Assembly (NCBI GenBank): GCA_900128395.1
Contig: LT649336.1
Location: forward strand, 1 to 36,528
Source of the DNA: Stramenopiles sp. TOSAG23-2
Taxonomy: Eukaryota
Direction of reading: 5' to 3'
DNA: 36,528 bases
Positions 1 through 12,188 of this stretch are shown one piece after another. Each line of letters begins with the position of its first letter. Position 1 is the first letter of the stretch. The notes under the pieces were generated by a model. It saw only the letters and a program-made list of their open reading frames with translations, did not search any database and had not been told where the DNA came from. Position numbers and translations under genes: made by a program.

Positions 1-279
1 TTTGAAATTCATTTTTTGATAAGATTTGGGTCCGCTTGATTTCGTTCCGCCTCTTCCGCATTTAGAATCTACCTAAGGCTGGCAAGCCTGGTTAGTATTA
101 CATACTTATATATCAATCATCAAATGAATTATTGTAGATAATAATTAATAATTATTATATATTTTACATTAATAATACATCCAGACGACTGCCAATATAT
201 TTAATATATATAGAGAGGTATATCCATATAATAGTTCTATCAAAAAGTAATAGTCAAAGGCAAAAAAAAAAGAAGCAAA

Positions 280-1197
280 ATGCAAGTACAAAACCGAACG
301 CAAAAAGTCATGGGATTAACTTTACCAGAAGATGCAGACGAAGGAGATGTGAAAAAAATTAAAATCACTATAGCAAGCGTTATTGGTTTAATCTTTTTCT
401 TTGTCGTATGGCACATTTTCGTTTTTAGCGGAGATCCGTCTAATTTTATTGGGTTAGCCATCAACCTACTGACAATATTTGGCATCGCCGGGTGCGCATA
501 TATGGGAATTTATACTAAAAATCCAACTATGTTGAAATTTCTATCTTGTTGCACCTTTTATATGGTATTCAATGTAATCTTAGGGATATTATTAGTTGTT
601 ATGCTTGTTAATGGGACAAAAAATCGTTGCGACGACTGCATAAAGAGGAACATTACAAAGTGTATCTCTGATCCGAGAAATGATAATAGTCCTGAGTTAG
701 ATACGTCTAAAAATTGCCAAAACTATCTGCTCGAGAACTCACCACGTGCAATAATATATATAGCATTTTGTGTTTTACATATGTTTTTATTTGCTGTTGT
801 GGGCGTAACTGGATGTCAATTAAGTGATATGAGATACTTTGTAAAACAAAAAAATTTTGCACAAGGAGGAGGACAAGTATATTCAACAGGTGCTGTTGTA
901 GTTCAATCTCAACCAATGGTGGTAACTGGACAGCCAATGATTGTTCAATCACAACCGGAAATAATATCATCTGGTCAACCACAGATCGTAACATCTGGTC
1001 AACCACAGATCGTAACATCTGGTCAGCCAGTATTTATGACATCAGGTCAACCCCGTAAGTTTTCTAAATATATTCTAAATTTTCTATTATACTAAAATAT
1101 GGATCATGTCTTTTCTAACAATAATTTATATTCACATCTATATATATATATTCTTACAGAAATCAGACAACCGGTTGTTAATCGACAACAACTTTAG
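280..1197 (+). CDS. Four-TM membrane protein with a Cys-containing loop (tetraspanin-like topology) and a Q/P/V repeat tail; exons 280-1054 and 1160-1197, ~270 aa
   Basis: Four hydrophobic segments and four Cys between TM3 and TM4 (no CCG motif). Splicing GTAAGT(1055)..CAG(1159) continues the SGQPQI repeat as ...SGQP-QIRQPVVNRQQL*. Confidence 0.75.
968..1025 (+). repeat. 24-bp coding tandem repeat (SGQPQIVT), ~2.4 copies
   Basis: catctggtcaaccacagatcgtaa at 968-991 and 992-1015, partial copy to 1025; degenerate copies flank it. Confidence 0.9.
1055..1159 (+). other. Spliceosomal GT-AG intron (105 nt)
   Basis: GTAAGT donor, CTAAC branch-like site at 1115-1119, TTACAG acceptor, AT-rich interior; splicing preserves the repeat frame. 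Confidence 0.75.
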
Positions 1198-2058
1198 AAA
1201 ATGGATGAAAAATAAGTATGTATACCTCTATATTTATGTTGTTATCATGATACACTCGGTCCAACCAAAAAGTTTTATTGGCGCGTGCGTGCGCTCGTCT
1301 GTGTACTTTTGTGCCAGTGTGCAGAGAGATACATGTGTTGATATAGGTGCTGTGTGTGATTTTAAAAAAATTGACTTATAAATAACTGTACTAAACATCG
1401 TACTAATATCTCAGCTATTATATTGTAAAACAACAAAACAACAAGTATCATATATCATAAAATCATAAATCATTAGGTACACATTTATATAGACGAGTAG
1501 ACTACATTTTTGTCCATAATCAAAAATCAAATAATTTCAACATTTCAACGTTCACGTTCAAGTATTTCTGTTACAGGCCATGATGGTACTTCACTGCTAT
1601 TTTACATTTATTTATCAATGTAATAGACTAAATGAAGACATATAATACTGTAATGTATAGATAGAGAGAGTGAGAAACATTCCATATATACATATATTAT
1701 ATACATTCTATGATACAAACATCTAGATATATACATATATAACGGTATAGTTATACATACATTATATCTCTCTAATCTGTAAAGTATACAACAGCAACCA
1801 AAACAAATCATAAGAGATTGATTGAATAACAATCATTGGTAAACTTTTTTCTTTTTATCAACATTTATTTTTGATATTCCCAATTCATCGAAACTAACTA
1901 CAAACCGTTAATTTAAAATATATAATATATATATCCTCCAACTGAATATATTGAAAACAAAACAAATATTGTTAAATAATACATCAAAATTGTTTCATAA
2001 AGCATACATAATTTAAGAAAAAGGAGGTATTGAATATATAAATATAAATATATACATA

Positions 2059-4377
2059 ATGAATAAATATGAAGTATTAGGTATCGTTGGTGAAGGGGCA
2101 TATGGTGTTGTGTTAAAATGTCGTAACAAAGATAATAGTGAAATCGTTGCTATTAAGAAATTTAAAGAAAGTGAAGACGATGAAATTGTAAGAAAAACTA
2201 CATTAAGAGAAGTAAAAGTGCTAAGGATGCTCCGGCAACGAAACATTGTGCACTTGATGGAAGCGTTTCGCCGGAAAGGTAAATTATACCTCGTGTTTGA
2301 ATACGTTGAGAAGAATTTATTAGAAGTATTGGAAGAAAAACCAAATGGTTTACCAAGTGACTTAGTTCGACGTTATGTTTATCAGCTATGTCGTGCTATT
2401 AATTTTTGTCATCAAAATAATGTTATCCATCGTGATATTAAACCAGAAAATTTATTAGTAAACCCGGATCATACATTAAAGTTATGTGACTTCGGTTTTG
2501 CGCGTACTGTGGCAAATAAAGGGCAACAATTAACCGATTATGTTGCAACTCGTTGGTACCGAGCACCTGAACTTTTATTAGGCTCAACAAACTATGACAA
2601 AACTGTTGATTTATGGGCGGTTGGTTGCATTATGGGTGAATTGGTCGATGGACAACCAATGTTTCCAGGTGAAAGTGAGATTGATCAATTGTACATCATA
2701 CAAAAAGTGTTAGGACCATTGACATCTGATCAAACAGAAATGTTTTTGAGAAATCCACGTTTTTTAGGTTTGAAATTTCCAGATATGTCACGACCAGAAA
2801 CATTGCAACGAAAATATGTTGGTAAATTAACGAAAAAAGCATATGGTATGATGTCGTTGTTCGTTAACATGAATCCAAAAGACAGGCCAACTGGGGAGAC
2901 GTGTTTGGAGGATCCATATTTCCACGGCTTACGTGAAGAGTACGATAAGAAAGATCGTTTACATAGTGGTAAAATAGGCAAAGGCAGTAGGAGCAGCCGA
3001 CCAAGTAGCAGGAACAAAAGAGACGATGATCGCGAAAATGATCGTTATGGTAATCGTCATCGCGATCGTGATGGTAGACGCAATGATTCACGCACTGGTT
3101 CTCGTGGTAGCAATAGCGGTGATCGAGGATATGGACATGGTCGCGATAGCAGACATGGTGGCGGAAGAGATAGTGATCGCGATGATCGTGATCGTGATAG
3201 TAGGGACTATCGTGAGAACAGGCGAAGGGAACGAGATAGTCGTGATTCTCGGGATAGGGAAAGAAGAGATCGTGATAGGGATTCTCGCTCGTACCGTGAT
3301 CGAGATGATGATAGTAGGAGCTCCAGAAGCTCAAGGCATAAAAGTGATCGTGATAGGGATTACGACCGTGGAAGCGATCGATCCTCTCCTCCGCCATCCC
3401 CTACTCCATCCAATAGATCTAGTTCAAGAGCACGTGTCAGCACGAAAAATATTGGGAAAAATCTTGGAAAAGGAAGTAAAAAATCAACTGGTGTTTCCTT
3501 ATTAAATGTACCTGCGAATTACGGTCGAAGTACGCAAGGAACGAAAGCATCGAGAATAAGCCGTAATGAAAATTTTCCAAGTCGACGCAAAGGCGTCTCT
3601 CCACCAATAACGCCACCATTGGGCAGCAATGCTAGTGGTAAGGGTTATAAAGTTAGCCACAGCCGTAATAAACGTGTTGATAGTCGCCAATCGCGTAAAG
3701 AACAGGAAAAGGAGCAAAGGCGAAAAGATCGTCGCAGGCGTGATGAAGAGAGAAAACATCGTAAAGCACGGGAACGTGATTCTGATTATGATCATGATTA
3801 TAACCACCATTCCAGTAGAAGAAGCAATCGGGATGATAGAGATCATCACCACCATCGAAGTAGTAATTATGATCGCCATGATGACGATGACAGCAGTTAC
3901 GATTCAAGGAGCCATGGACGACGTGGGCCAAATTCAAGACAAGGAGATGATTATCATTATGATAATCGTAGCAATTCCAGACGTGATCGATCGCCACGTG
4001 ATAATGGATATAGTAGTAGAAATAGTAAAAGCAAATATGGTTCAAAGAAATCTAGTAAACGCAATAATGATCGCCGTGGTGGTAGAGACAGCCATAGAGA
4101 TAATGATCGTGATCATCGTAAATCTTCGAGAGGAAAAGGCTCATCAAGACGTGAGGAAAAGAAAGAACAAGATGAGCCAGAGCGATACTTGCCACGTATG
4201 CGTGACGATGATAGTGAACATGGTAGTCAAGCTGGTGAATTTAATAGTAGTGAATATTATGTACCACCTATTCCTAGTTTTAAAGATGTTCATTCTCCAG
4301 GAACCCATAGAGGTGGTGGTAGTAAAAAAGATTCTTTCGCACCATTAGGATTTAGTCGTTTTGGCAATAAGTATTGA
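2059..4377 (+). CDS. CDKL5: Cyclin-dependent kinase-like kinase (CDKL5/LF5-like) with a long R/D/S-rich tail
   Basis: [32 protein letters not shown] helix [12 protein letters not shown] and [13 protein letters not shown] (TxY) are typical CDKL motifs. Confidence 0.9.
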   Translation: MNKYEVLGIVGEGAYGVVLKCRNKDNSEIVAIKKFKESEDDEIVRKTTLREVKVLRMLRQRNIVHLMEAFRRKGKLYLVFEYVEKNLLEVLEEKPNGLPSDLVRRYVYQLCRAINFCHQNNVIHRDIKPENLLVNPDHTLKLCDFGFARTVANKGQQLTDYVATRWYRAPELLLGSTNYDKTVDLWAVGCIMGELVDGQPMFPGESEIDQLYIIQKVLGPLTSDQTEMFLRNPRFLGLKFPDMSRPETLQRKYVGKLTKKAYGMMSLFVNMNPKDRPTGETCLEDPYFHGLREEYDKKDRLHSGKIGKGSRSSRPSSRNKRDDDRENDRYGNRHRDRDGRRNDSRTGSRGSNSGDRGYGHGRDSRHGGGRDSDRDDRDRDSRDYRENRRRERDSRDSRDRERRDRDRDSRSYRDRDDDSRSSRSSRHKSDRDRDYDRGSDRSSPPPSPTPSNRSSSRARVSTKNIGKNLGKGSKKSTGVSLLNVPANYGRSTQGTKASRISRNENFPSRRKGVSPPITPPLGSNASGKGYKVSHSRNKRVDSRQSRKEQEKEQRRKDRRRRDEERKHRKARERDSDYDHDYNHHSSRRSNRDDRDHHHHRSSNYDRHDDDDSSYDSRSHGRRGPNSRQGDDYHYDNRSNSRRDRSPRDNGYSSRNSKSKYGSKKSSKRNNDRRGGRDSHRDNDRDHRKSSRGKGSSRREEKKEQDEPERYLPRMRDDDSEHGSQAGEFNSSEYYVPPIPSFKDVHSPGTHRGGGSKKDSFAPLGFSRFGNKY

Positions 4378-4745
4378 AATCAAAAAGAAAAAAAAAGGAA
4401 GGAGAGAGAGATATCGATAAAAAATACTACGAAGCGGTACCGCGTACTAAATATATGTACTTCTTAAGAGATATATTTTAGATATATGCGCATTATATAT
4501 GATATTAAATGATGGTTAAAATCTAAAGAAGTGTTATCTTATGCATATAAATTTTACGAGTATTATTCTATCATATTCGTATAATAAAATATTACACTCA
4601 CGCATTTTCTAAAAAAAAATAAAAAAATATACTCTCTCTCGTAAAAAAAAATATTTTTTTAAATAAATACACGAGACACACTCTCTCGTATTTTTCTGTG
4701 TGGTATTCTCTCTCTCTCTCGCACTTTTTACTATTGGGGGTGTGT

Positions 4746-5318
4746 TTACAATAACAATGGTTCAGAAACGCCAAAAAGTTCCGTATCATAATACGCAATG
4801 ACTGATCTAAGCTTTTCGCTTGCTGTTTTTACTAAACTGTCATCTTCATTATTTTTCATTTCCATAACAGCCTCCTTTGCTCCAGATGTACCTTCATATA
4901 TCGCTAAATCTTTTGCATCGTCTGGGAACTCTTGAAGAAAGTATTTGATCCAAAATTCTATAAATGCAACATATTGCTCTGTTGATCCTCTTTCATATTG
5001 CTCTCCATTGTTTTTCAGTGTTTGTTTTAGTTGATTACTTCTCTGTATATCATTAAACGCGTTTACAGCACGTTGGCTACCTTTATACCTTTTTTTTACA
5101 TCTGAACTTTCACAAGCACTAATAATGGTTTCTAATATTGCAATACGCTCCACATCTGTATCCTCTTCTATCCACATCTCTCTGAATTTTCTTATTCCTT
5201 TATATATTTCTACTGGTAGTTCAAGCATATTATAAATTTGGGTTAAAAAATTGGCGTGAAAAGCTGGATCAGTACTAAATTTGCCATTAAGTCTTTTCTT
5301 TACTTCATCTTTTTCCAT
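4746..5318 (-). CDS. Hypothetical protein, 190 aa, probably helical
   Basis: ATG-initiated ORF with globular-protein composition between AT-rich flanks; no family recognised. Confidence 0.7.
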   Translation of the reverse strand: MEKDEVKKRLNGKFSTDPAFHANFLTQIYNMLELPVEIYKGIRKFREMWIEEDTDVERIAILETIISACESSDVKKRYKGSQRAVNAFNDIQRSNQLKQTLKNNGEQYERGSTEQYVAFIEFWIKYFLQEFPDDAKDLAIYEGTSGAKEAVMEMKNNEDDSLVKTASEKLRSVIAYYDTELFGVSEPLLL

Positions 5319-5582
5319 ATCGTAAGTATATTTCGTTTCTTACTTGGTTGGTTTATGTCGCAATTTGCAAAAAATCGTTGTATAAATACAGTTTTTTTAA
5401 TACCATCCGTTTATATAAAATGGTTTATATAATATTTATACTGTATAATAAAGTGTTTTATTTACATTTAGTGCTTTAATTTGTTTTAAAATTAATTTAC
5501 TATTTTATATGATGTGTTTTGTCACATACTACCCTGACATGGAAAACTAATACCTACCTTAACCTGTCTGTAAGGTGTAAGG

Positions 5583-5591
5583 TACCTGGTA
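5583..5591. promoter_or_regulatory. TACCWGGTA palindromic motif (candidate promoter element)
   Basis: TACCTGGTA in a divergent intergenic region; the motif recurs upstream of other genes. Confidence 0.4.
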
Positions 5592-5722
5592 ATTGGTATA
5601 ATAATGTTTAAACAAAAAGAATGTTTAAAAAAAAGCTGGAAACGTACAGGTAGCTCAACTACACCAGAGCACCAGTAGAACCAAGAGATTTTCCATGCCA
5701 GTTTTCCTGTTTTCCTTGATAA

Positions 5723-5731
5723 TACCTGGTA
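5723..5731. promoter_or_regulatory. TACCWGGTA palindromic motif (candidate promoter element)
   Basis: Second TACCTGGTA in the same divergent region. Confidence 0.4.
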
Positions 5732-5961
5732 GCATAATAGCAGAGAGAATATAATAGTTAAGGTTGCTAATAAGCGCACAAAATCTAAAAAAAATATGGC
5801 ATCCTATTATATCCAACGTTTCCTCCACTATCCACCCCGGCTGTATAATAATTTATTTATTTATTCAGAAGTATATATACATATTTTAATAACCAAAATA
5901 TAATATTTAAATACTTATATACAACAAGAGGAGGACATTGATTATTTCGTTATACATCATC

Positions 5962-6861
5962 ATGTCAGATCCAGAAGGTTTGAGGTTGCTAGCAAATCAT
6001 TTAGCAAAAGTGAAATTAGAAGCCGCAGAGCAAATATATACATTAACCACTAGAGGCAAATTTTTACAGCAAGAAAATGAAGAGTTAAATGTCCAAGTCT
6101 TACAATTAAAACAACAATGCAGGGAGAATACATTACACTGGCGATTACAAGAGAGAGACGATTGGAAAGCATTAGTAGAAGCAGTTCAAAGAGACCGTAC
6201 ACGCTTAGAAACTGAAAATGAAAATTTAATGGAAGAAATCTCAGTGTTACGTAAACAATTAACAACTTTAGGACATGTGCCAGAAGCACCCACAAACTCA
6301 TCTTATGTATCACCTTCTAGTAAGCAAAAAACAGCTGCTAGGTATAATTATAATAACAACAACACGGATGAACAGGAAGAGGTGTCGGAAGATGGCAATA
6401 GTAGGAGTCCATCTTATGACAAGAGCGACGTTTCAGACCATATCAATCATTTAGAAGAAGAATTAAGTAAATCAAAACGAAGAGAATCAGCCTTGCGAGA
6501 CAAATTAAGCACTTTAAAAGCACAATTAGAACAATGGCGTATTGAAAAGCAAACTGAGCTTGAATCCCAAATTGGTGCATTACGACTTAAATTAGATAAA
6601 GAATTAGAAGCTAAATGGGAAAGATCACAAGATAAAAGTATTTTGACTAGCGTATTTTCGAATATAATTGAAACAATTGCACCACATCCAACAATAACAC
6701 GGCGGAAATCTCAAATAATTGGATCAGCTATTGAGGAAATGATAAATGACGAATTAAATAATATTAACAGTAATGATAATAACAATAATGGTAATAATAA
6801 TGATAATAAAGATAACGATGATGAACAGAAGTTTGATTCAAAAAACTCACCTCAAGTTTAA
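5962..6861 (+). CDS. Coiled-coil protein, ~299 aa
   Basis: First ATG at 5962 (MSDPEGLRLL...; the track starts at an upstream TTG). Two heptad-rich E/L/Q/K segments and an Asn-rich tail. Confidence 0.8.
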   Translation: MSDPEGLRLLANHLAKVKLEAAEQIYTLTTRGKFLQQENEELNVQVLQLKQQCRENTLHWRLQERDDWKALVEAVQRDRTRLETENENLMEEISVLRKQLTTLGHVPEAPTNSSYVSPSSKQKTAARYNYNNNNTDEQEEVSEDGNSRSPSYDKSDVSDHINHLEEELSKSKRRESALRDKLSTLKAQLEQWRIEKQTELESQIGALRLKLDKELEAKWERSQDKSILTSVFSNIIETIAPHPTITRRKSQIIGSAIEEMINDELNNINSNDNNNNGNNNDNKDNDDEQKFDSKNSPQV

Positions 6862-7419
6862 ATATTTAGTAAAATATTTTTTGATCTTTCTGTGAAAAGT
6901 TTATTTGTATTTTATATGTATATGTGTAAAGTCTATGTACTATATATATATATATTATATAGTCTGTGCATACCAGCATAGCACCATATTATCATATTAA
7001 TTTTTAGGACTTTAAATAAGTTAAAAAAATTAGAGAAAGTACAAAATTAGAGTATCGCTATAACACTACCCGGTAAAACACTTAAATTCCCTATCATCCA
7101 TTTACATTTGGCGGCTTTGACGGCAACTTTTTTGAGAGACCCGTGCACCCGCCCGAAAGGCCCGCCGTTAAAAAATAATGCTGCTAATTCTATTTACCTG
7201 TAATAATATACCACATACTCACGAAACATACTCATATTATACGTATATTTTATATATATACTTATAACGTAAAGAGAAAAAAAGTTATTTTGACGTTTTA
7301 ACTACTATAGACATAAAGATATAAAACTAGATATACAATCTTCTCTAATATATATATATACTAAATAAAATATACCGATTACAGTTATTGTTAATATTCG
7401 TTGAAAATTGAACAAATTC

Positions 7420-8766
7420 ATGGAGAAACTACGTGAAATTAAATTGCCAACACTACATGCAAAGGAGTGGGCGACGATTGCAATAACGGCATTTCTAACT
7501 GTTGTTTCCACTTTATATGTAACATTTAGGACGACTAATACGGCAATCAATGAAAGAAATGAAAAAGAAAAAGATCAAGATCCCATATCAAACGATATTG
7601 AGGAGAATTCTAAAACATTATATGAAAACGAAAACGAAAACGCAGAAGATGACCTATTAACCAATTGGTTGGGAACAAGAAAAAATTTTCACATGATTAT
7701 TAGTGATGAGGAAGTTCGTTCAAGTTATTTATCGTTGAAAGAGAAACTTCAACAAATTGACATTGAAGAACAAAACGACATCAATGATAAAGTCAATCAT
7801 GAAGACAACAATAATATCTCAAATAATGTAAATGAAGTAAACAATGTAAATGACAATGAGAAAAAGTATCAATCGATTGGAACTTATTATTATGCACCTG
7901 AAAAACAACGACAAACAAATTACAATAATAATAAAACACCATCTCCTAAGGCAACAACAACGAAACAACAAGAGGATATTGTTCCATTTTACAAACAGGT
8001 TTATTATGGAAATCCTATGAATGCTGCATTCACACCGAGTACTACCACGCAATTATCTGGTGAATATAATTCATTAAATGTTGATCCTGATATTTATGTG
8101 AAACTTGAAGAGGTATCTCCTAATGCATGGCGTATGCAAATGACACCAACACCACTGAAATTATCAACTAGTAATAGTGAATGTAAGAAGACGAATAATA
8201 GCAGTAGTAGTTATTGTAATAATGATAATATTATTACCAACAATAATAGTGATTGTGGCACTCCAAGTAGTCATCACCATAATAATGAAAATAAACCAAC
8301 AAGACGTAGTATTAAATTTACTCCGACCAAAACATTAGCGAATACTAGTAAAAACAATATGCAAGAAGACAAAGAAAAAATTATGGTTGAATTGAATTCA
8401 CCTTCTTCTGCCATAAATAATACTAGTAATATTATTGGCACAAACAAGGAAGATGGTAAGGTAGTTAACATGGAAGTAAAAAGTACATCAAAGCGTTATA
8501 CACATGTTCCATTGTTTTCACCAGCAAAAGCAAAGCCATTACCAAACAAACATAATGATGGAAGATTGACCGCATTTAAAAGGGAGCAACAGCAAAAACG
8601 TCGTCAATATTTTTCGCCATCATCGCATCAAAAAGAAAATATGGTAACAACTACACCAACATCTGGGATGTATCTTAGCACTCCAATAAAAGGGAAATCG
8701 ACTTCGCAGCGGAAAAAAATTACAAATGTAACATATGGTGCACCAACACCAAATCGTTTACGTTAA
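7420..8766 (+). CDS. Single N-terminal TM anchor plus a long disordered, S/T-P-rich region
   Basis: ATG at 7420; hydrophobic WATIAITAFLTVVSTLYVTF; N/S/T-rich low-complexity remainder. Confidence 0.8.
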   Translation: MEKLREIKLPTLHAKEWATIAITAFLTVVSTLYVTFRTTNTAINERNEKEKDQDPISNDIEENSKTLYENENENAEDDLLTNWLGTRKNFHMIISDEEVRSSYLSLKEKLQQIDIEEQNDINDKVNHEDNNNISNNVNEVNNVNDNEKKYQSIGTYYYAPEKQRQTNYNNNKTPSPKATTTKQQEDIVPFYKQVYYGNPMNAAFTPSTTTQLSGEYNSLNVDPDIYVKLEEVSPNAWRMQMTPTPLKLSTSNSECKKTNNSSSSYCNNDNIITNNNSDCGTPSSHHHNNENKPTRRSIKFTPTKTLANTSKNNMQEDKEKIMVELNSPSSAINNTSNIIGTNKEDGKVVNMEVKSTSKRYTHVPLFSPAKAKPLPNKHNDGRLTAFKREQQQKRRQYFSPSSHQKENMVTTTPTSGMYLSTPIKGKSTSQRKKITNVTYGAPTPNRLR

Positions 8767-9046
8767 ATATGTGTATATATATATAAAAAAAATAAAACAA
8801 ATTAAAAATGAAAACAATAAAAAAAATAATGAAAACTAATTAAAGAGAGAAAAAATGACATTTTATAAAAATAAAGTGTAAAAAAATGTGAGAAAATTAA
8901 ATATAAGTATAAAATATTGAAAAATAAAATATGACCATAAAATATATTAAAAATATGTCATATTAATAAAAGTATAATTAAATGCATTAACTTATTTTTA
9001 TAAAAATATATTAAAAAATAGTAAAAATGTGAATCATATTTCTTTT

Positions 9047-10672
9047 TTACTCCTCCTCCTCTCCATTTAATTTAGCACTTGGTACAAATAACAAAAGTAA
9101 ATACAAAATAAAAGTTAAAAACGCAATAATAAAAAATGTAAAGTGGTGTGCAAATGGAAATGAATGATTATCTCCAGTGATGCTCCATGCAAAAATTACA
9201 GATGCAGTAATGGGGCCTAGTCCTTTAGCAGTTGATCCAATCAACATTGCTAATCCATTTGCTGCACCACGATTTTCATCATCGCTAGCATTATTTATTG
9301 CTAAAAAAATTGCTGTAAACATACACATTACTAGACACATTTGCAAACATCTTAAAAAAGTACAAAAAAATATAGCAAATTCGATTTCAAATGCAGATAC
9401 GAAAGGCATCAAAATGATACTTGGTACTAAGAATATCATAGCATACTTCATTAGTTGCGTAATTGAATATTTCTTGGCAAGCCATGGGTACACAAAAGCT
9501 TGAAATATGAGCAAAGAAAGTCCTACAATACTTATAATTGTCCCAATATAGGATGCTTGCAAATCTAAGCCACCATGTGCTTTACTTGATAATAACCATA
9601 ATGGGAAAATCTCTTGCAGTGCGATGGCATTAAATGAATGAAAACAATATATAAAACAAGCAATGATGACAGATGAATGAAAGTTATTACATGAAGCACA
9701 ACATATTGATATTTTTTTTCCCGGCCTGCTATTACTATTATCCAAAAGTATACTATTATCTGATTCATCGTCTTCAATATTATTATTATTACTACTACTA
9801 TTACCTTCCATCGCTTTTATCTCTCCTTCTTCTATCAATTCCAGATCATTATTTACATCCACTTGCTTATCATTATTTACATCCACTTGCTCATCATTAT
9901 TATCGTCAACCTGGACAACCAATTCTATTTCAACATAACTGCTTCCATGTTTTTGTCTACTCGTGCTCATTTTTTTCTTTAAAGTTTCAGGAAGAAAACA
10001 GAAAATCATTAATCCACTCAAAAGTGCTAAAAATGACGCCATTAAATTTGGAGCAAGATATGGAAAATTTTTAAATATTGTAGCATTTCCAAAATCAGAA
10101 TTTGGATACTGTTTATTTGGTTCAGCTAACCATCCTCCGAAAGCGGGACCAATCAAATTTGCTAAAGAAACTCCTAAGGACATATAAGACATAATTTTTG
10201 CCTGACGGACTTTTTGATCAGATGGTACTAATTCTGATGCAACAGTCTTTGCAGTTCCGCTTATTGCGTTAAAAATGCCTAGAAATAAACGAGACAAAAT
10301 AGCCATGCTAAAAGAATTTGAAAAACCAAATATTATCTGGAAGAAAGAGCTGCTTAAACAGCCAATGACTAAAACTGGCTTTCGGCCATATTTATCTGCA
10401 GCAAGTCCCCAAAAATAAGCAGAAAACGTCCTCCCAACCATAAAGCTAGATGCTAAAAATCCTGCATAAAAACCTGATTCTTCTTTTGTTTGTACGACCT
10501 TTAAATGAACAACCATGAACCCAACATAACTGAATAAATTACTCATTGCAATATTGTTAGCGAACATTGCAATACCTACAGATATCGTGGCCATGATTGG
10601 AAATGGCTCTGGCTTTGTTGCATGGTGATCGTTATGTATATCCATTCTGCTATTGTGTTTTAAATAGCGCAT
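9047..10672 (-). CDS. Major facilitator superfamily transporter, ZIFL1-like (DHA1-related)
   Basis: About 12 TM segments; motif A WGLAADKYGRKPV; ZIFL-like ESGFYAGFLASSFMVGR, IGPAFGGWLAEP and RGAANGLA. The start could be 10645. Confidence 0.9.
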   Translation of the reverse strand: MRYLKHNSRMDIHNDHHATKPEPFPIMATISVGIAMFANNIAMSNLFSYVGFMVVHLKVVQTKEESGFYAGFLASSFMVGRTFSAYFWGLAADKYGRKPVLVIGCLSSSFFQIIFGFSNSFSMAILSRLFLGIFNAISGTAKTVASELVPSDQKVRQAKIMSYMSLGVSLANLIGPAFGGWLAEPNKQYPNSDFGNATIFKNFPYLAPNLMASFLALLSGLMIFCFLPETLKKKMSTSRQKHGSSYVEIELVVQVDDNNDEQVDVNNDKQVDVNNDLELIEEGEIKAMEGNSSSNNNNIEDDESDNSILLDNSNSRPGKKISICCASCNNFHSSVIIACFIYCFHSFNAIALQEIFPLWLLSSKAHGGLDLQASYIGTIISIVGLSLLIFQAFVYPWLAKKYSITQLMKYAMIFLVPSIILMPFVSAFEIEFAIFFCTFLRCLQMCLVMCMFTAIFLAINNASDDENRGAANGLAMLIGSTAKGLGPITASVIFAWSITGDNHSFPFAHHFTFFIIAFLTFILYLLLLFVPSAKLNGEEEE

Positions 10673-10989
10673 ATGCTTAATGCATAGCTAAGATATGGAT
10701 TAATGTAAATGGATGTTATAATAATAATGAATAATACCTGGGTGCCTGGTTTTATTATTTATTTTATTTTATTTTATATATTTTTTTTTTATTAATTTTA
10801 TTATTATACCTGTGCACCTGTATGCACGTATGCACGTATGTATGTCCACTGTATATATAATAATAGCAAAAAATATATACATCATTATTATTAATTAATA
10901 TACCTTTATACTGAGGACACAACATATTAAAAATGTAACAAAGTAAAGATTATTGTATACAACAAAAATACTTGTCGCACATTATTGTC

Positions 10990-12141
10990 ATGAATTTTAT
11001 TCCACTTCATGATGCAAAAATATACAATGAAAAGAATGAAAGTATGGCAACCTTTGAATGGCTAACTATGCCGCATATATTAATTACAAATTTAGAGAAG
11101 AAAATAGTAGTAGTAGAACAACAACATGATAAAATTCACTTAATAGATTTTGGTTCTGGATCCTCGTTGTTATCAGTAGAATTGTTTAGAAAGAGAAAAG
11201 AGATGATACAGAAAGTTACAAATATAGATTATAATGATGCTGCCATGAAGATAGCTTGTTCAAATTTAGATGAAAGTATGTTAACATATCTAAACAAAGG
11301 TATAATACAATTTCATCAAGTTAATTTAGCAATTGAATTTTCAAAAACTGAATATGATGTGCTTTTTGACAATAACCATCATCAAGATGATAATAATACT
11401 ATTTTACCCGTCATGATATTAGACAAGTCGACTCTCGATTGTTTCTTGGCAACGCCAAATGTGGAAAGAGATGGAAAGAATGCTAGTCATTTAGCATACT
11501 TAGATGCAGCAACAATGCTTTTCAATGTATATCATGTTTTTGAGAAAAGCAATAATAATAATAATACGACGAAGAATAATTATTGTAAATATATTTGCTG
11601 TTCTTATCATGAGCCAAGCTTTCTAAAATCAATATTATCTATATTGTTTCATGTTGAAAGTATTGAAACAATTCCCAGATCAGATGATAAAAGTGTTTCA
11701 CATGTAAACATTAATCATACTATGGTATCATCTGATCCAAACTTTGTTTACCTATACACTTGCAGCTTTTCAAACAACAATAATAATAAATCAATTGAAG
11801 AAATACGGAAAGAAATAGAATATAATGTAAATTATTATTATAAACATACATGCACATATTCATCAACAATTAATTTAGATAAAGTAAAAAAAGAATGGCA
11901 AAATGATTATAATAATGTAAATGATGATGACCATAATAAATTGAAAATCAATGTTGTATATGATCTAATGATTGATGAAAATCTAAAGTCTATGTATTCT
12001 TTGAAAGACTTCATAGACGATTGGTTGGCTAATCATAATAAGAATGAAAAAAACGCCGATGATAAGAATGATGATAGAAATGAAAATGATATAAGATTCA
12101 CATATGAGGAAGCATTGGATTTTATCAAATCCATTGAGTGA
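10990..12141 (+). CDS. Class I SAM-dependent methyltransferase, EEF1AKMT4/METTL13-N-like
   Basis: FEWL, motif I LIDFGSGSS, VTNIDY and ILDKSTLDC (compare DKGTLD); ATG at 10990. Confidence 0.75.
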   Translation: MNFIPLHDAKIYNEKNESMATFEWLTMPHILITNLEKKIVVVEQQHDKIHLIDFGSGSSLLSVELFRKRKEMIQKVTNIDYNDAAMKIACSNLDESMLTYLNKGIIQFHQVNLAIEFSKTEYDVLFDNNHHQDDNNTILPVMILDKSTLDCFLATPNVERDGKNASHLAYLDAATMLFNVYHVFEKSNNNNNTTKNNYCKYICCSYHEPSFLKSILSILFHVESIETIPRSDDKSVSHVNINHTMVSSDPNFVYLYTCSFSNNNNNKSIEEIRKEIEYNVNYYYKHTCTYSSTINLDKVKKEWQNDYNNVNDDDHNKLKINVVYDLMIDENLKSMYSLKDFIDDWLANHNKNEKNADDKNDDRNENDIRFTYEEALDFIKSIE

Positions 12142-12188
12142 AAAATAGACAAGGATTTTAACACACTCTAGAGTCTGAATTAGATATA

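Noticed and set aside
1106-2246. Short Y/I-rich ORFs in AT-rich intergenic DNA (also 12415-12663, 13739-14132, 27849-28167, 36315-36503)
   Set aside because: Composition reflects (TA)n tracts or antisense overlap with real genes; no recognisable motifs.
2730-4348. Overlapping I/V/M-rich and H/Y-rich ORFs in the CDKL gene
   Set aside because: Alternative-frame by-products of GAT/CGT-rich low-complexity coding sequence.
7107-7170. GC-rich patch as a tRNA or small RNA (also 31338-31430)
   Set aside because: No cloverleaf or A/B boxes; only short stems, more consistent with promoter sequence.
9845-9900. 24-bp repeat in the MFS central loop (QVDVNNDK)
   Set aside because: Ordinary in-frame slippage duplication in a disordered loop.
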